64,000 bases of DNA from contig CAVZIW010000006.1 of the NCBI GenBank assembly GCA_963775465.1, positions 224,001 through 288,000 of the forward strand, read 5' to 3'. This DNA is from Candidatus Bathyarchaeota archaeon. GTDB taxonomy: Archaea > Thermoproteota > Bathyarchaeia > Bathyarchaeales > Bathycorpusculaceae. The position numbers and the translations under genes were made by a program. Under the pieces are notes generated by a model. It was not told where the DNA came from and searched no databases. It saw nothing but the letters and a program-made list of their open reading frames with translations. Below are positions 9,920 to 19,762 of this stretch, piece by piece. Numbering within the stretch: position 1 is the stretch's first letter; each line of letters begins with the position of its first letter.

Positions 9920-10975
9920 TTATAATGTTGTTTGGCCAAAACACCTGGGCATAGAAACTGCAGAAACACCCAAACGCTTCCTGATCTCCATCGCTAAGGC
10001 ATCACCATTACTCCGGTAGTTATCGGTAATTACCTGCTTAGCCTTGGAACGCTTAACGTATTCAATTAAACCATCAAAATCCGAATGATCACTGAGCGCT
10101 ACTAAATGTTCGCGATCCCCAATTTGTCTACAAGGCGAATGGAATTCCCAGCCGCTAACACAGATTCGCGCATTGCGCAGACCAACATATTGACGCTGAT
10201 TCATATGATAGAAGGCAACACAAGGCAAGTTACCGTCTAAAAGCTCATGCCCTTCACTATCTGTAGAAAGCGACAAACAACCCATCCGCATACCATGCTT
10301 CTCACACACTTTGGTTACTTCAAAAACACGCTCCGGCATCACAAACGGGACTTCGACATCCGCATTGCGGAGAATTTGCATGATTTCCTGCAGTTTCCCA
10401 TGATACCCAAAAACGTAAACTGTTCCCCCCCTCAAACGCTTTTCGACCATCGAAACTAAAAGTTCTCGCACATCGACTTTGAAGTTGCGACGACACGATG
10501 GGCTACCATATGTAGCTTCAACCACCAACACATCACAATCAACAACAGGCGTTCCTTCAAGTCTAAAATCACCAGTCCACGCAATTCGAATTCCGCCTGC
10601 ATCCTCCACCAAAACTTGACAGGCTCCTAAAATGTGATCAGCTTTGAGAAGACTGATTTTTTCGTCACCGAACTCGAGGACTTTTCCGTATTCTAAGGTT
10701 TTAACGGTTTGGGTCATTTTCAATTTCAATGATCCATTGAGTGTATCGGCAAGGTCACGGGTGGCTTTGGTCATCAAAACCTTTTCGCAACTCTTCAAAC
10801 TGCTACGGAGACCGTAGAGGTGGTCAGCATGTGCATGGGTTACCACTCGCAAGGGTCTAGAAGAATCATGGGCATCACAGGAGACACTGTCACCTAACAA
10901 AACAGCGCCTTTCTTAGTTACTACAGCCCTTTCAGCCAAGTTTCTTCCTCTTAAACGGTTTTCTCTGCAAGCCAC
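9920..10975 (-). CDS. metallo-beta-lactamase-fold nuclease (beta-CASP-like)
   Basis: THAHADH, HILGA, TGDF, EATYG and SDHSDF motifs; true start probably ~10939. Confidence 0.88.
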   Translation of the reverse strand: MACRENRLRGRNLAERAVVTKKGAVLLGDSVSCDAHDSSRPLRVVTHAHADHLYGLRSSLKSCEKVLMTKATRDLADTLNGSLKLKMTQTVKTLEYGKVLEFGDEKISLLKADHILGACQVLVEDAGGIRIAWTGDFRLEGTPVVDCDVLVVEATYGSPSCRRNFKVDVRELLVSMVEKRLRGGTVYVFGYHGKLQEIMQILRNADVEVPFVMPERVFEVTKVCEKHGMRMGCLSLSTDSEGHELLDGNLPCVAFYHMNQRQYVGLRNARICVSGWEFHSPCRQIGDREHLVALSDHSDFDGLIEYVKRSKAKQVITDNYRSNGDALAMEIRKRLGVSAVSMPRCFGQTTL

Positions 10976-11352
10976 TCTACTAGCCGCTGCGGTTGGTCAG
11001 TTTCAATAGTGAATATAATAGGTCCAAGTGGGGATTCAGCGTTTTCTTCACAAAAAGAAACATGCCCCGCAAATGCAACTTGCTTGTTTAAACAAAACAA
11101 GATTTTGTTGCCTCGGGCGGACCTAAAAAGTACTTTTCTTGCAGCATCGCGGATGCGATCATTTCTTAATAAAGTTCGCAATTTAATCAATGCATCATGT
11201 CCTTCCGCCTTAGCAACTAACTTGTTGCTTTTCTGAGCAGGTTCAATGCTTATAGTTGAGTTACCCAAAACATTGTTTACAGCAAATTTAACTTTAGATT
11301 CATCTTCCGTTGGGTTTATCTCCGTTTCAACATAGACAATTACTTGTTCCAT
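10951..11352 (-). CDS. UPF0201 RNA-binding protein
   Basis: INPTEDESKV, IRDAAR, LNKQVAFAG and SPLGPI motifs. Confidence 0.88.
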   Translation of the reverse strand: MEQVIVYVETEINPTEDESKVKFAVNNVLGNSTISIEPAQKSNKLVAKAEGHDALIKLRTLLRNDRIRDAARKVLFRSARGNKILFCLNKQVAFAGHVSFCEENAESPLGPIIFTIETDQPQRLVEWLAEKTV

Positions 11353-11906
11353 TTTTTTTCAATCCTTCCAAGTGACTCTCTAATCTTGACCTTAGCTTGC
11401 TCGACACTACGATCGTTAATTACCATTTGCTCCGCCAATGCTATGACATTTCCTAAACCTACGCCCAGTTCTCGCATATCCCGATCATTAAAGATTTGCC
11501 ATTTAGATGTATCGTCGCTTCGACCCCTTCTGGCAAGTCGTAGAAACCGCGTCTCTGGCGAAGAGTGAATCGCGATCAAACTAAATTTTTGGAAATTCTG
11601 ATTGAAAATATCTGCTTCATTGAGACTACGCAATCCATCAACTAGAACTTTAGGGTTTGACATTTCTTGTATTTTAGGGACACAACGGTGAGCAATCACG
11701 TAATTGCCACTTTCTTGCCGCAATTCAAGCATGACCTTTCCTACGTTTTCCGGAGTCAACTCTAAGTCACGTTTTATTGTTTCTTCCCTAATAACATCGC
11801 CCATTACAACTATGCCGTAACCGAGTTCTCGCGCAATATCAACAACTAATGATTTTCCAGAACCAGGCATCCCAGCTAAACCAGCCACTAGTTTTTCAGC
11901 GTTCAC
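11340..11906 (-). CDS. UPF0200 P-loop kinase (dephospho-CoA/nucleotide kinase-like)
   Basis: GMPGSGKS Walker A, MGDVIREE, VDGLRS and RGRSDD motifs. Confidence 0.88.
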   Translation of the reverse strand: MNAEKLVAGLAGMPGSGKSLVVDIARELGYGIVVMGDVIREETIKRDLELTPENVGKVMLELRQESGNYVIAHRCVPKIQEMSNPKVLVDGLRSLNEADIFNQNFQKFSLIAIHSSPETRFLRLARRGRSDDTSKWQIFNDRDMRELGVGLGNVIALAEQMVINDRSVEQAKVKIRESLGRIEKKWNK

Positions 11907-11999
11907 GTTAACTTACCCTTTTTAGGTTCATATTAGCAGCCCCCTCCATTAAAAAAGATTTATGAGACGTAGGTGTTAAAAATACTTTGAAGGAGCAAT

Positions 12000-12572
12000 A
12001 TGTCCGAACAAATAAGGAGTTTCATCGCATTTGACATAGAAAACGACATAGTTCTGAGCAGATTCTCTGCAATTCAAAAGCTCCTGACCGAATTGAATGC
12101 AGAACTGAAAATTGTTGAACCGCAAAACATCCATGTTACAGTCAGATTCCTTGGAAACATCAGCCCAACTATGGTGGATAAAATTCATGATGCAATGAAA
12201 TCTGCAAAGTTTTCACCTTTTCAGATCAAACTCCAAGGTTTGGGGGTTTTTCCCAGCTTAAATTATCCAAGGGTGGTTTGGGTGGGAATTACGCAAGGTG
12301 GGGACCAGTTAAAGAGTCTTTTCAATCAACTAGAACCACAAATTCAAGCCTTAGGTTTTCCACACGACGCACATGGGTTTAGTCCACATTTAACGATTGC
12401 GAGGGTAAAGACAGGGAAGAATAAACAACGTCTCTCAGAGTTCGTGACGAAAAAATCAGAATACGATTTAGGCACAATAAATGCTGATTGCCTGCGACTT
12501 AAGAGAAGTCGTATTTCACCAAAAGGGCCAACTTATTCAACTCTTAAAGAATACTGCCCACAAAAAGGATAA
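12000..12572 (+). CDS. thpR: RNA 2',3'-cyclic phosphodiesterase (2'-5' RNA ligase family)
   Basis: Two HxT motifs (HVTVRFLG, PHLTIARVK) and RSFIA. Confidence 0.93.
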   Translation: MSEQIRSFIAFDIENDIVLSRFSAIQKLLTELNAELKIVEPQNIHVTVRFLGNISPTMVDKIHDAMKSAKFSPFQIKLQGLGVFPSLNYPRVVWVGITQGGDQLKSLFNQLEPQIQALGFPHDAHGFSPHLTIARVKTGKNKQRLSEFVTKKSEYDLGTINADCLRLKRSRISPKGPTYSTLKEYCPQKG

Positions 12573-12575
12573 CAA

Positions 12576-14000
12576 ATGCAAGAAATTCAAGCTGTAACAA
12601 AGCAGGTCTTAAAGAAAATTACACCTAAAAAAGCTGAACGAGTTAGGGTTGAGGCTTTAAGCCGCAATTTAGAGCAACAAATACTCAAAGCAAGCCAAAG
12701 CGAAGGTATTCAAGCCAAAATCAGAGTGGAAGGATCCGTTGCTAAGGATACCTGGCTAAGCGAAAACCCCGATATTGACGTTTTCATCCGTTTGCCTACC
12801 TCTATTCCACGCAAAAATTTAGGTGAAATAGGTCTAAAGATTGCACGGAAAGCAGCTGCAAATGCACGACAAGTGGAGCGATTTGCTGAACACCCATATC
12901 TTGAAGCCTTCATGGATGGGTACCGAGTCGATATTGTTCCATGCTACGACGCCAAGAAAGGTGAATGGCAAAGTGCAACTGACCGAACTCCCTATCACAC
13001 AGACTACATCAGAAAGCGCTTAGAGATCAATCTGCTTGGAGAAGTAAGACTGCTTAAGAGGTTTATGCAGGGCATAGGTGTTTATGGTGCAGAACTAAAA
13101 ATTGGTGGTTTTAGCGGGTATTTGTGCGAACTTTTAGTTATTAAGTTCGGCTCCTTTTCCGAAGTAGTGCGGTTTTTTGCAGCCTACAATCGACGTATCG
13201 TAATCGACCTTGAAGATTTCTATGTGAATAGAGAACATGAACTTGCACTTCTTTTCCCTGAGCCATTGACAATCATAGATCCTGTGGATAAAGGAAGAAA
13301 CGTCGCTTCTGCTGTACTTCCTGAAAAACTCCACAAATTTGTTGCTGCTTCCAGAGCCTTCCTTGAAAAGCCATCTATAGACTTTTTCTATCCTCCAAAA
13401 CTCAAAGCTTTCTCAACTAAAACCTTAAAAAACAATTTACAGACGCGCGGTTCAGCAATCGTGTTCTTAGTGGTGAAGCAGATTGCCGCGGTGCCTGATA
13501 TTTTATGGGGGCAGCTCTATAAGTCAAAGCGTTCGTTGACAAGACTCTTTGAACTAAATGATTACAAGGTGTTAAGAGACGCGGTTTGGAGTAACGAAAA
13601 AAATATTAGTGTTTTCGTTTTTGCGATTGAATCGCTAAAATTGGCAAATATCAAAAAACATTTTGGTCCACCACTTGAGCGAGAACTTGAATGTAACAAG
13701 TTTTTGAAAAAATACGCCAACAATAACTGCGTTATTTCCGGACCATACATTGAAGATGGACGCTGGTTGGTTGAGTTATCACGGAATAACATAGATGCCG
13801 CAACTATGTTAAAAGAAAAAGTCACAGATGGTGGAAAAAATTCGGGAGTTGCAGATTTGATTGCATTGTCAATTAAGAAAGAGTTTAGAATATTGGTTAA
13901 TGCTGATGTGGTTGAGGTGTGCAAAGAAAATGCAGAATTTGCTAAGTTCTTAACAGACTTCCTTGTCTGTAAACCGTTTTGGCTAAACTTAAAAAGTTAA
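12576..14000 (+). CDS. cca: archaeal class I CCA-adding enzyme
   Basis: GSVAKDTWL, DIDVF, AEHPY, DRTPYH and GGFSGYLCELL motifs. Confidence 0.96.
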   Translation: MQEIQAVTKQVLKKITPKKAERVRVEALSRNLEQQILKASQSEGIQAKIRVEGSVAKDTWLSENPDIDVFIRLPTSIPRKNLGEIGLKIARKAAANARQVERFAEHPYLEAFMDGYRVDIVPCYDAKKGEWQSATDRTPYHTDYIRKRLEINLLGEVRLLKRFMQGIGVYGAELKIGGFSGYLCELLVIKFGSFSEVVRFFAAYNRRIVIDLEDFYVNREHELALLFPEPLTIIDPVDKGRNVASAVLPEKLHKFVAASRAFLEKPSIDFFYPPKLKAFSTKTLKNNLQTRGSAIVFLVVKQIAAVPDILWGQLYKSKRSLTRLFELNDYKVLRDAVWSNEKNISVFVFAIESLKLANIKKHFGPPLERELECNKFLKKYANNNCVISGPYIEDGRWLVELSRNNIDAATMLKEKVTDGGKNSGVADLIALSIKKEFRILVNADVVEVCKENAEFAKFLTDFLVCKPFWLNLKS

Positions 14001-14003
14001 ATG

Positions 14004-15188
14004 TTATTGGGTTACTGAATGATACCAGCTGATGATATATTCAGGCAGATTCAAACCCCGTTCGCCAAGACGCTCCGCTAGTTTCACTGGTAATGGACTT
14101 AGTACGTAAGCTGCACGCGTATAGAAGCGTCTTGGAGTGCTGGGTTTAACTTCTTCTGGCAAAATGATTTTTAAATCCGCTTTGTTAGCAAGAGTGGAGT
14201 CTTTATTGCCTGTTATTGCGAAGACGGTTCCGCCGAATTTCTTGAGTACATCAGCCCAAATGATGACGGGGCGGGTTTCGCCTGAGAAAGACAATAGAAT
14301 TTCCAGGTCTCCAGCTCGAGGGTGCGGAGTGTTGACTCCTCTTGTGATGTAAACGTTATCGCCGAGAAAACTCTTAATGTGGAAAAGGCGAACACCAGTC
14401 ATTTTAGCAATTTCATTTCCTGTTCCTTTTCCGCCCAAAAAAACGTTTGTTCTTTTCTCCATTATGTCGACGAGTTGATTATACGTTTCTGATGTAACAT
14501 TGGAGTCTATCATATCTCCAACTTTTTCAAATTCTTCTTCACATAGACGGAAGACATCATTGACTTCAAGATTGCGGAATATTGCTTCAATCATGCTGTT
14601 CAGGAGTTCCAATGTGCCAAGCTCAAAAATGTCGCCCATCATTCCGGTTTCCGCATATTCGGTTCCTGGCTTGGATTTGCCGCGTCCCTTAATTTGAACT
14701 ACATGACCAAATTTGTTCGTAATGTCCGCTAATGGTGATTTTACTGCGGAAGTCAAAAGACCCATGGAGAAATGATTGGACTTTTTTTCTTTAATGTATC
14801 TCGCTAGATCCTGAGCCATAACCAAAGGATCGTCGCTGTAACCGCTCCCCGAATTCATCAGAAGCAAAGTTTTTTTGTATCTACGTTGAAGGTCTGGCGC
14901 TGCATCATACATACTTTTGCCAGGAAAACCGGGATCATCAGGTGTTAAAATAACTTTGTTTCGCCAGCCTACTTGACTTAACGCGATTTGGCTCATAGCA
15001 GCGTTAAGTGAATAAAGAGAACGTCCGGATCCTCCGCAAATGACGCAGTCGGCTGCTTTTAGTTCTTCATATAGAGGTGCGAGTTCTCGTTTCTTTATGC
15101 ACATAATGTTTTCTTGAATTTTATTGACGTATCCTATACTGCTGATTTTGCTTTTAATGGAAACGGCACCTTCTAGTTCAAACATCAT
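14004..15188 (-). CDS. tandem SIS-domain sugar-phosphate isomerase (HxlB/PHI-like)
   Basis: Two SIS-like halves: GGSGRS...NSGSG and GGKGTG...GDLEILLSFSGET...ITGNKDSTLA. Confidence 0.75.
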   Translation of the reverse strand: MMFELEGAVSIKSKISSIGYVNKIQENIMCIKKRELAPLYEELKAADCVICGGSGRSLYSLNAAMSQIALSQVGWRNKVILTPDDPGFPGKSMYDAAPDLQRRYKKTLLLMNSGSGYSDDPLVMAQDLARYIKEKKSNHFSMGLLTSAVKSPLADITNKFGHVVQIKGRGKSKPGTEYAETGMMGDIFELGTLELLNSMIEAIFRNLEVNDVFRLCEEEFEKVGDMIDSNVTSETYNQLVDIMEKRTNVFLGGKGTGNEIAKMTGVRLFHIKSFLGDNVYITRGVNTPHPRAGDLEILLSFSGETRPVIIWADVLKKFGGTVFAITGNKDSTLANKADLKIILPEEVKPSTPRRFYTRAAYVLSPLPVKLAERLGERGLNLPEYIISWYHSVTQ

Positions 15189-15396
15189 CTACTACTATAT
15201 ATTATTCTTGTGCTTGCTGGAGAAAAAATGGGCTATACCGACCCAATATTTGTTGGATTCAAAAAGTGAAGTTCCACATCTCTTGATATTTGTTTGAAAA
15301 TTTTTATGATTTTTTGGAAGCCCGAAACTTTTAGGATATTAGAATGTGAATTATAAAAAGTGTTATTTAGCAGTTGGGCATTTCTTCTATTTTTAG

Positions 15397-16326
15397 GTGC
15401 TGCATTTGGGGTTCAAAGACCGAGATATTGTATCAATCGAAGACTTCTCCCAAGCCGAAATCAACCATATTCTCGACATGGCTAAAAAAATGGAACCCAT
15501 CGCTAAAACAGGCTCAGACATGCTTAAGGGTAAAATCCTAGCCACATTATTCTTTGAACCTAGCACTCGTACTCGTCTTAGTTTTGAAACTGCCATGTTA
15601 AAACTCGGAGGCAACTACATCGGATTTGCTGAACCAGATATAACATCTGCTCGCAAAGGCGAAAACTTGGCAGATACCGTGCGTACAGTTGAAAATTACG
15701 CGGACGTAATAACACTTAGGCACAGTTTAGAAGGTTCAGCCAAGTTGGCGGCAGAATTCTCCAAAGTTCCAATTATCAATGCAGGTACAGGCGCCGAGGA
15801 GCATCCAACCCAAGCTTTTATTGACTTGTACACGATGCGCAAGGACAAAGGCGAAATCAATGGATTAAAAGTTGCCCTAGTGGGCGACTTGCGCTACGGC
15901 AGAACCGTACATTCGCTAGCCTATGCGTTAGCGCTCTACAACGTAGAACTCCACCTTGTTTCGCCTGAAGCGTTACGAATGAGAAAAGAAGTACTCCAAA
16001 CCATAAAAAATAAAATCTCCGTAACGGAACACATCAATCTCGATGCTTTGATCTCTCAAATCGATGTTCTCTACATCACTCGTATCCAAAAAGAACGCTT
16101 CCCTGACGCTGCCGAGTATGCTAAGGTCAAAGGCGCTTACAAAGTCGACCTAAAAACGCTGAAAAACGCTAAGAAAAATATGATTATTCTGCACCCGCTG
16201 CCCCGGGTCGACGAAATCGCTGCCGAAGTAGATAGCACACCCCAAGCGCGCTACTTTCAGCAGGTCTGGAATGGCATCGTAGTCCGCATGGCGCTACTTT
16301 CATTGGTTTTGGGCGCGATTAAATAA
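15397..16326 (+). CDS. pyrB: aspartate carbamoyltransferase catalytic subunit
   Basis: FFEPSTRTRLSFE, HPTQ and HPLPRVDEI motifs. Confidence 0.97.
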   Translation: MLHLGFKDRDIVSIEDFSQAEINHILDMAKKMEPIAKTGSDMLKGKILATLFFEPSTRTRLSFETAMLKLGGNYIGFAEPDITSARKGENLADTVRTVENYADVITLRHSLEGSAKLAAEFSKVPIINAGTGAEEHPTQAFIDLYTMRKDKGEINGLKVALVGDLRYGRTVHSLAYALALYNVELHLVSPEALRMRKEVLQTIKNKISVTEHINLDALISQIDVLYITRIQKERFPDAAEYAKVKGAYKVDLKTLKNAKKNMIILHPLPRVDEIAAEVDSTPQARYFQQVWNGIVVRMALLSLVLGAIK

Positions 16327-16397
16327 ACCACTTTGAAAATATCTTGTCCAATAAGACAAATCCTATGGAGAGACTAAATCAAGAAGAAAACCAAGTT

Positions 16398-18611
16398 CTA
16401 TGTTGAAGAGAAACGGTCAAAGGTTGTCAGGTTACTCATGGAACCGCATGAGGGACATTTATGTAACATTCTATACCAGTTCTTCTTGCAGTTATCGCAA
16501 GAGCTGATCAAGCGACTGTACGTAAAAAATTCTACAATTTGGTTTTCGATCAATCGAAGGGTTAGATCCATGAGGGCTTCGGTCTTATACTCTGCGTTTT
16601 CAAGTTCGATAATGCTTAAGTTTCCGCCGGCATTTAATCCTCTAAATCTCTGTGCTGTCTCCAATACATCTGTCTGAAGCGACAAAAGTTCAGCAGATTT
16701 AAGATGGAATCGTATGGAAGTTGAATAATAGGGTTTCTCTCGAGTTCCAGAGAACTTCACTTTAGCTACTCCGAATCTCTCTATGTCAAGTTGTGCCAAT
16801 CGTTCAGAGGCTTCAGTAGAACCCAAGATCACAGGATAGAGTCGCTTAACATATCTTCTGCCAATTTTTTGTTTGAAAGAGGTAACATTAGCTACAATCT
16901 CTTCAGCAAAAACCCGACTCTCCTCTGAGTTTATGCTTTTTCCTGTAAAGTCTTCAACTGACTCCCGAAATCCAGCTAAATTAACTATTCTAGAGCAGTT
17001 TTCGAGTCTGAAGTAGGTATCACCACCTGTTTTCTGCAAGAGAAACGGCAACGCGTTCTTTCCAAACTGCTTTAACGCATTATTCTTAATTTGCAAAGCT
17101 CTGGCGGAAAGTTCAAACCGCTCCTTGAGTAAATCTTGGAATTTATGCTTATCCTTGTCACATTCAAGAGTAATTCTGGGTAAGTTTATAGTTACTTCGC
17201 CTAAGCATCCCGTTCTAAGCGTATCGGTTTCCCAGTCACCCGTTAAATCAGCAGCCAATTTGACCCCAGAAGCCGAAAACGCCACGTTTTCGCTATTTTT
17301 TAGGTCTAAATTGGCAAAAAAGGGTGTTCCGCTTTGCAGTGCCAACTTGTGAGCTTTCAAAAGAACAGATTTTGCTTCTTTGTTTGAGAGTGCTTCCCCA
17401 TTGATTTTTATGATTAGTTTAGGACTAAGCAACGGCTTGATTGTACTCTCTTCAATGAAAACATCAATAATAAGCGAAGCGAGAAGCAAGCTTTCTTGAG
17501 CAAAATCGTTGTATATTCCGATAGCTTTGCCCTGCGGTCCAACAGCTTCTTTTTCAGCGGTTTGTTTTGGAATTAACAAGTCAAGTCCCAACGTGGTTTC
17601 CGTATGTTGGTTGAGACTTAAAATGAAAAGCCGAAGGGTTTCCTTGATTTTTGACTGCTCATTTCCCCTTATGAAAGGCGCTAAGAACACATTGAAGTAG
17701 TTGAATGTCTGCATTCTATTGGTCTCACTTGCGGTGTGGAGCAGGACATTAAACGCTATGGATAGGGCAGATTTGAGATTGCTAGGTGGACTCATTGATT
17801 GCTGTGTTGGCTTAACAAGAGCTATACCATGCTGGAAAAAAAAGCGAAGGTCGTGAACAACTTCATTGGGCTTTAGAATCCAAGTGCCTAACTCGTCGAT
17901 GTGGATCACTCCTGAAAGATGAGCGTCGGCTATGTCTCGGGGGAAAATATTTAGCAATGTATATTCACCCAGAACCGTTTGCCCCGCTTTGCTAATCGTG
18001 GTAGCGCAGTCTTGATTGGTGTCTTTTGCCTCAATTAATACTGTGACTTCATGAATCGGCATACCAACACGGGTAAGTTTATGGCGATATTCTTCATAAC
18101 CCTTTTCAACCAAAATCGAATTCACAACCTCTCGGATAAGGGAAGCTGTGAGATACTTTGTTTTTGATTTAATAAGACGTTTTTCAGCCTCTTTTGCAGC
18201 TTTCTGCGCCAGTTCTGCAGGAACTTTAGCCTCTTTAATTAAAGCGTTGGCGATCTTGTTTACGTCAAATTCTTCCATCGTTAAATGTGAAGTCCGAACT
18301 AGCATACCCCGCGGTTTAACTGCTTTCTTTTCCACGCGGTCAGCCACATCGAGAACCATCTTGCCTAGGTCAGTTAAACAATACTTTTTTGCTTCAACAT
18401 CTGCTTCAACCAAATCTGCTTTCAACATAAATTTCAAGTGATAAGCAAATCTCCCTGCGTCACGGCTCGGGTTCATTTTCAGCTGGTTCATAAGTTCCGA
18501 GTAAGATAGGGCGCTTTTATCAAAAAGAAGGTTGAGAATTTGCAGTCGTAGGGGTGAAGAAACCGCTTTGAGTACATTAACACCACGCGAACGAGGCTGC
18601 TGCTTAACCAT
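16398..18611 (-). CDS. ArsR-like wHTH + ATP-cone + class III ribonucleotide reductase-like domain (apparently catalytically inactive)
   Basis: N-terminal SSPLRLQILNLL...FAYHLKFM (wHTH); EEFDVNKIANALIKEA...LIREVVN (ATP cone); DAHLSGVIHI and VTINLPR; C-terminal CxxC-CxxC; no RxxGY glycyl loop. Confidence 0.8.
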   Translation of the reverse strand: MVKQQPRSRGVNVLKAVSSPLRLQILNLLFDKSALSYSELMNQLKMNPSRDAGRFAYHLKFMLKADLVEADVEAKKYCLTDLGKMVLDVADRVEKKAVKPRGMLVRTSHLTMEEFDVNKIANALIKEAKVPAELAQKAAKEAEKRLIKSKTKYLTASLIREVVNSILVEKGYEEYRHKLTRVGMPIHEVTVLIEAKDTNQDCATTISKAGQTVLGEYTLLNIFPRDIADAHLSGVIHIDELGTWILKPNEVVHDLRFFFQHGIALVKPTQQSMSPPSNLKSALSIAFNVLLHTASETNRMQTFNYFNVFLAPFIRGNEQSKIKETLRLFILSLNQHTETTLGLDLLIPKQTAEKEAVGPQGKAIGIYNDFAQESLLLASLIIDVFIEESTIKPLLSPKLIIKINGEALSNKEAKSVLLKAHKLALQSGTPFFANLDLKNSENVAFSASGVKLAADLTGDWETDTLRTGCLGEVTINLPRITLECDKDKHKFQDLLKERFELSARALQIKNNALKQFGKNALPFLLQKTGGDTYFRLENCSRIVNLAGFRESVEDFTGKSINSEESRVFAEEIVANVTSFKQKIGRRYVKRLYPVILGSTEASERLAQLDIERFGVAKVKFSGTREKPYYSTSIRFHLKSAELLSLQTDVLETAQRFRGLNAGGNLSIIELENAEYKTEALMDLTLRLIENQIVEFFTYSRLISSCDNCKKNWYRMLHKCPSCGSMSNLTTFDRFSST

Positions 18612-18712
18612 TGCCTTTTTTCTCTCCCTAACTCACAAATTTGATAGCGCCTACCTATTATTCCACTCGAGAGTTTAAACTTAACTAAAAAATTCTTACA
18701 TGAATTAGATAA

Positions 18713-19762
18713 TCAATCAATGCAAGGTTGCTGTTGACTGATGCAGTGGATAGTACCAAACCCATAAACCAAATCGCTGCATCTGATTCCAACAACTTTA
18801 CGTGAGGGAAAAAGTTCCTGCAATATTGATAACGCTTTTTCATCATTCTCATGGTCAAAAACTGGTACAAGCACTTTGGTGTTTCCAATGTAAAAATTAG
18901 TATAACTTGCCGGCAAACGTTCTTCTTCGTTGATAACAACTTTGGGCATAGGCAACTTAACAATTCGGATTTTTTCGCCATCTTGATCGACCGCTTGACA
19001 AAGGATATCGTAGTTTTCTTTTAGAGTATCATAGTTTATGTCATTTTGATTTTCTTCAAAAGCGCAAACAATTGTTTTTTCGTTTACAAATCTTGCTATG
19101 TCATCGATATGCCCATCTGTGTCATCACCGAAAATACCGCTTTTGAGCCATATGAAGTTGTTAACGCCAAAGTATTCACTTAGAATCTTTTCAATCTGTT
19201 TCTTGTCTAAATTTGGATTGCGATTTTTATTTAGCAGACACTGCTCAGTCGTTAACAGTGTTCCCCTGCCATTTACATCAATTGAGCCACCTTCGAGAAC
19301 CATACCTGGTTTAAAGCATTTTAACGCCAGTTTCTGGTTAATAACTTCCGGTATTTGCTTGTCTTTTAACAGAGTTTCATATTTTTCGCCCCAAGAGTTG
19401 AACTCCCACTGCACCATTGCAAGCTCATGCTTGCTGTTCCTTACGAAGATTGGGCCGTAATCCCTAAACCAAACATCAGCGTAGTCGAAAATATAGAATT
19501 CGACTCTACTCAAATCAATGTTTTCTTCTTTGAAGAGTCTTTCCGCTTTGTCTTTAGCTTTCAGACCAGTAACAAAAAGATTCACCCTTTCACTCAAGTG
19601 GATTTCTTTAACAATCTGTACATAGATTGTTTCAACAAGTTCAACTTTCTCAGGGAAAGTCGTAGGGTCATGGGGCCAAGCGAGCCAGATGGCATCGTGC
19701 TTTTCCCATTCTGCAGGCATGTAAAAACCTTGTTCAAAGCAAGATATTTCGTTATTACTCAT
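18713..19762 (-). CDS. aguA: agmatine deiminase
   Basis: MPAEWEKH, WFRDYGP, LEGGSID, DTDGHIDD and GTIHCISQQQP motifs. Confidence 0.94.
   Translation of the reverse strand: MSNNEISCFEQGFYMPAEWEKHDAIWLAWPHDPTTFPEKVELVETIYVQIVKEIHLSERVNLFVTGLKAKDKAERLFKEENIDLSRVEFYIFDYADVWFRDYGPIFVRNSKHELAMVQWEFNSWGEKYETLLKDKQIPEVINQKLALKCFKPGMVLEGGSIDVNGRGTLLTTEQCLLNKNRNPNLDKKQIEKILSEYFGVNNFIWLKSGIFGDDTDGHIDDIARFVNEKTIVCAFEENQNDINYDTLKENYDILCQAVDQDGEKIRIVKLPMPKVVINEEERLPASYTNFYIGNTKVLVPVFDHENDEKALSILQELFPSRKVVGIRCSDLVYGFGTIHCISQQQPCID

Noticed and set aside
16398-18611. Functional anaerobic ribonucleotide reductase nrdD
   Set aside because: The glycyl radical motif and finger-loop Cys are not found, so the gene symbol was withheld.
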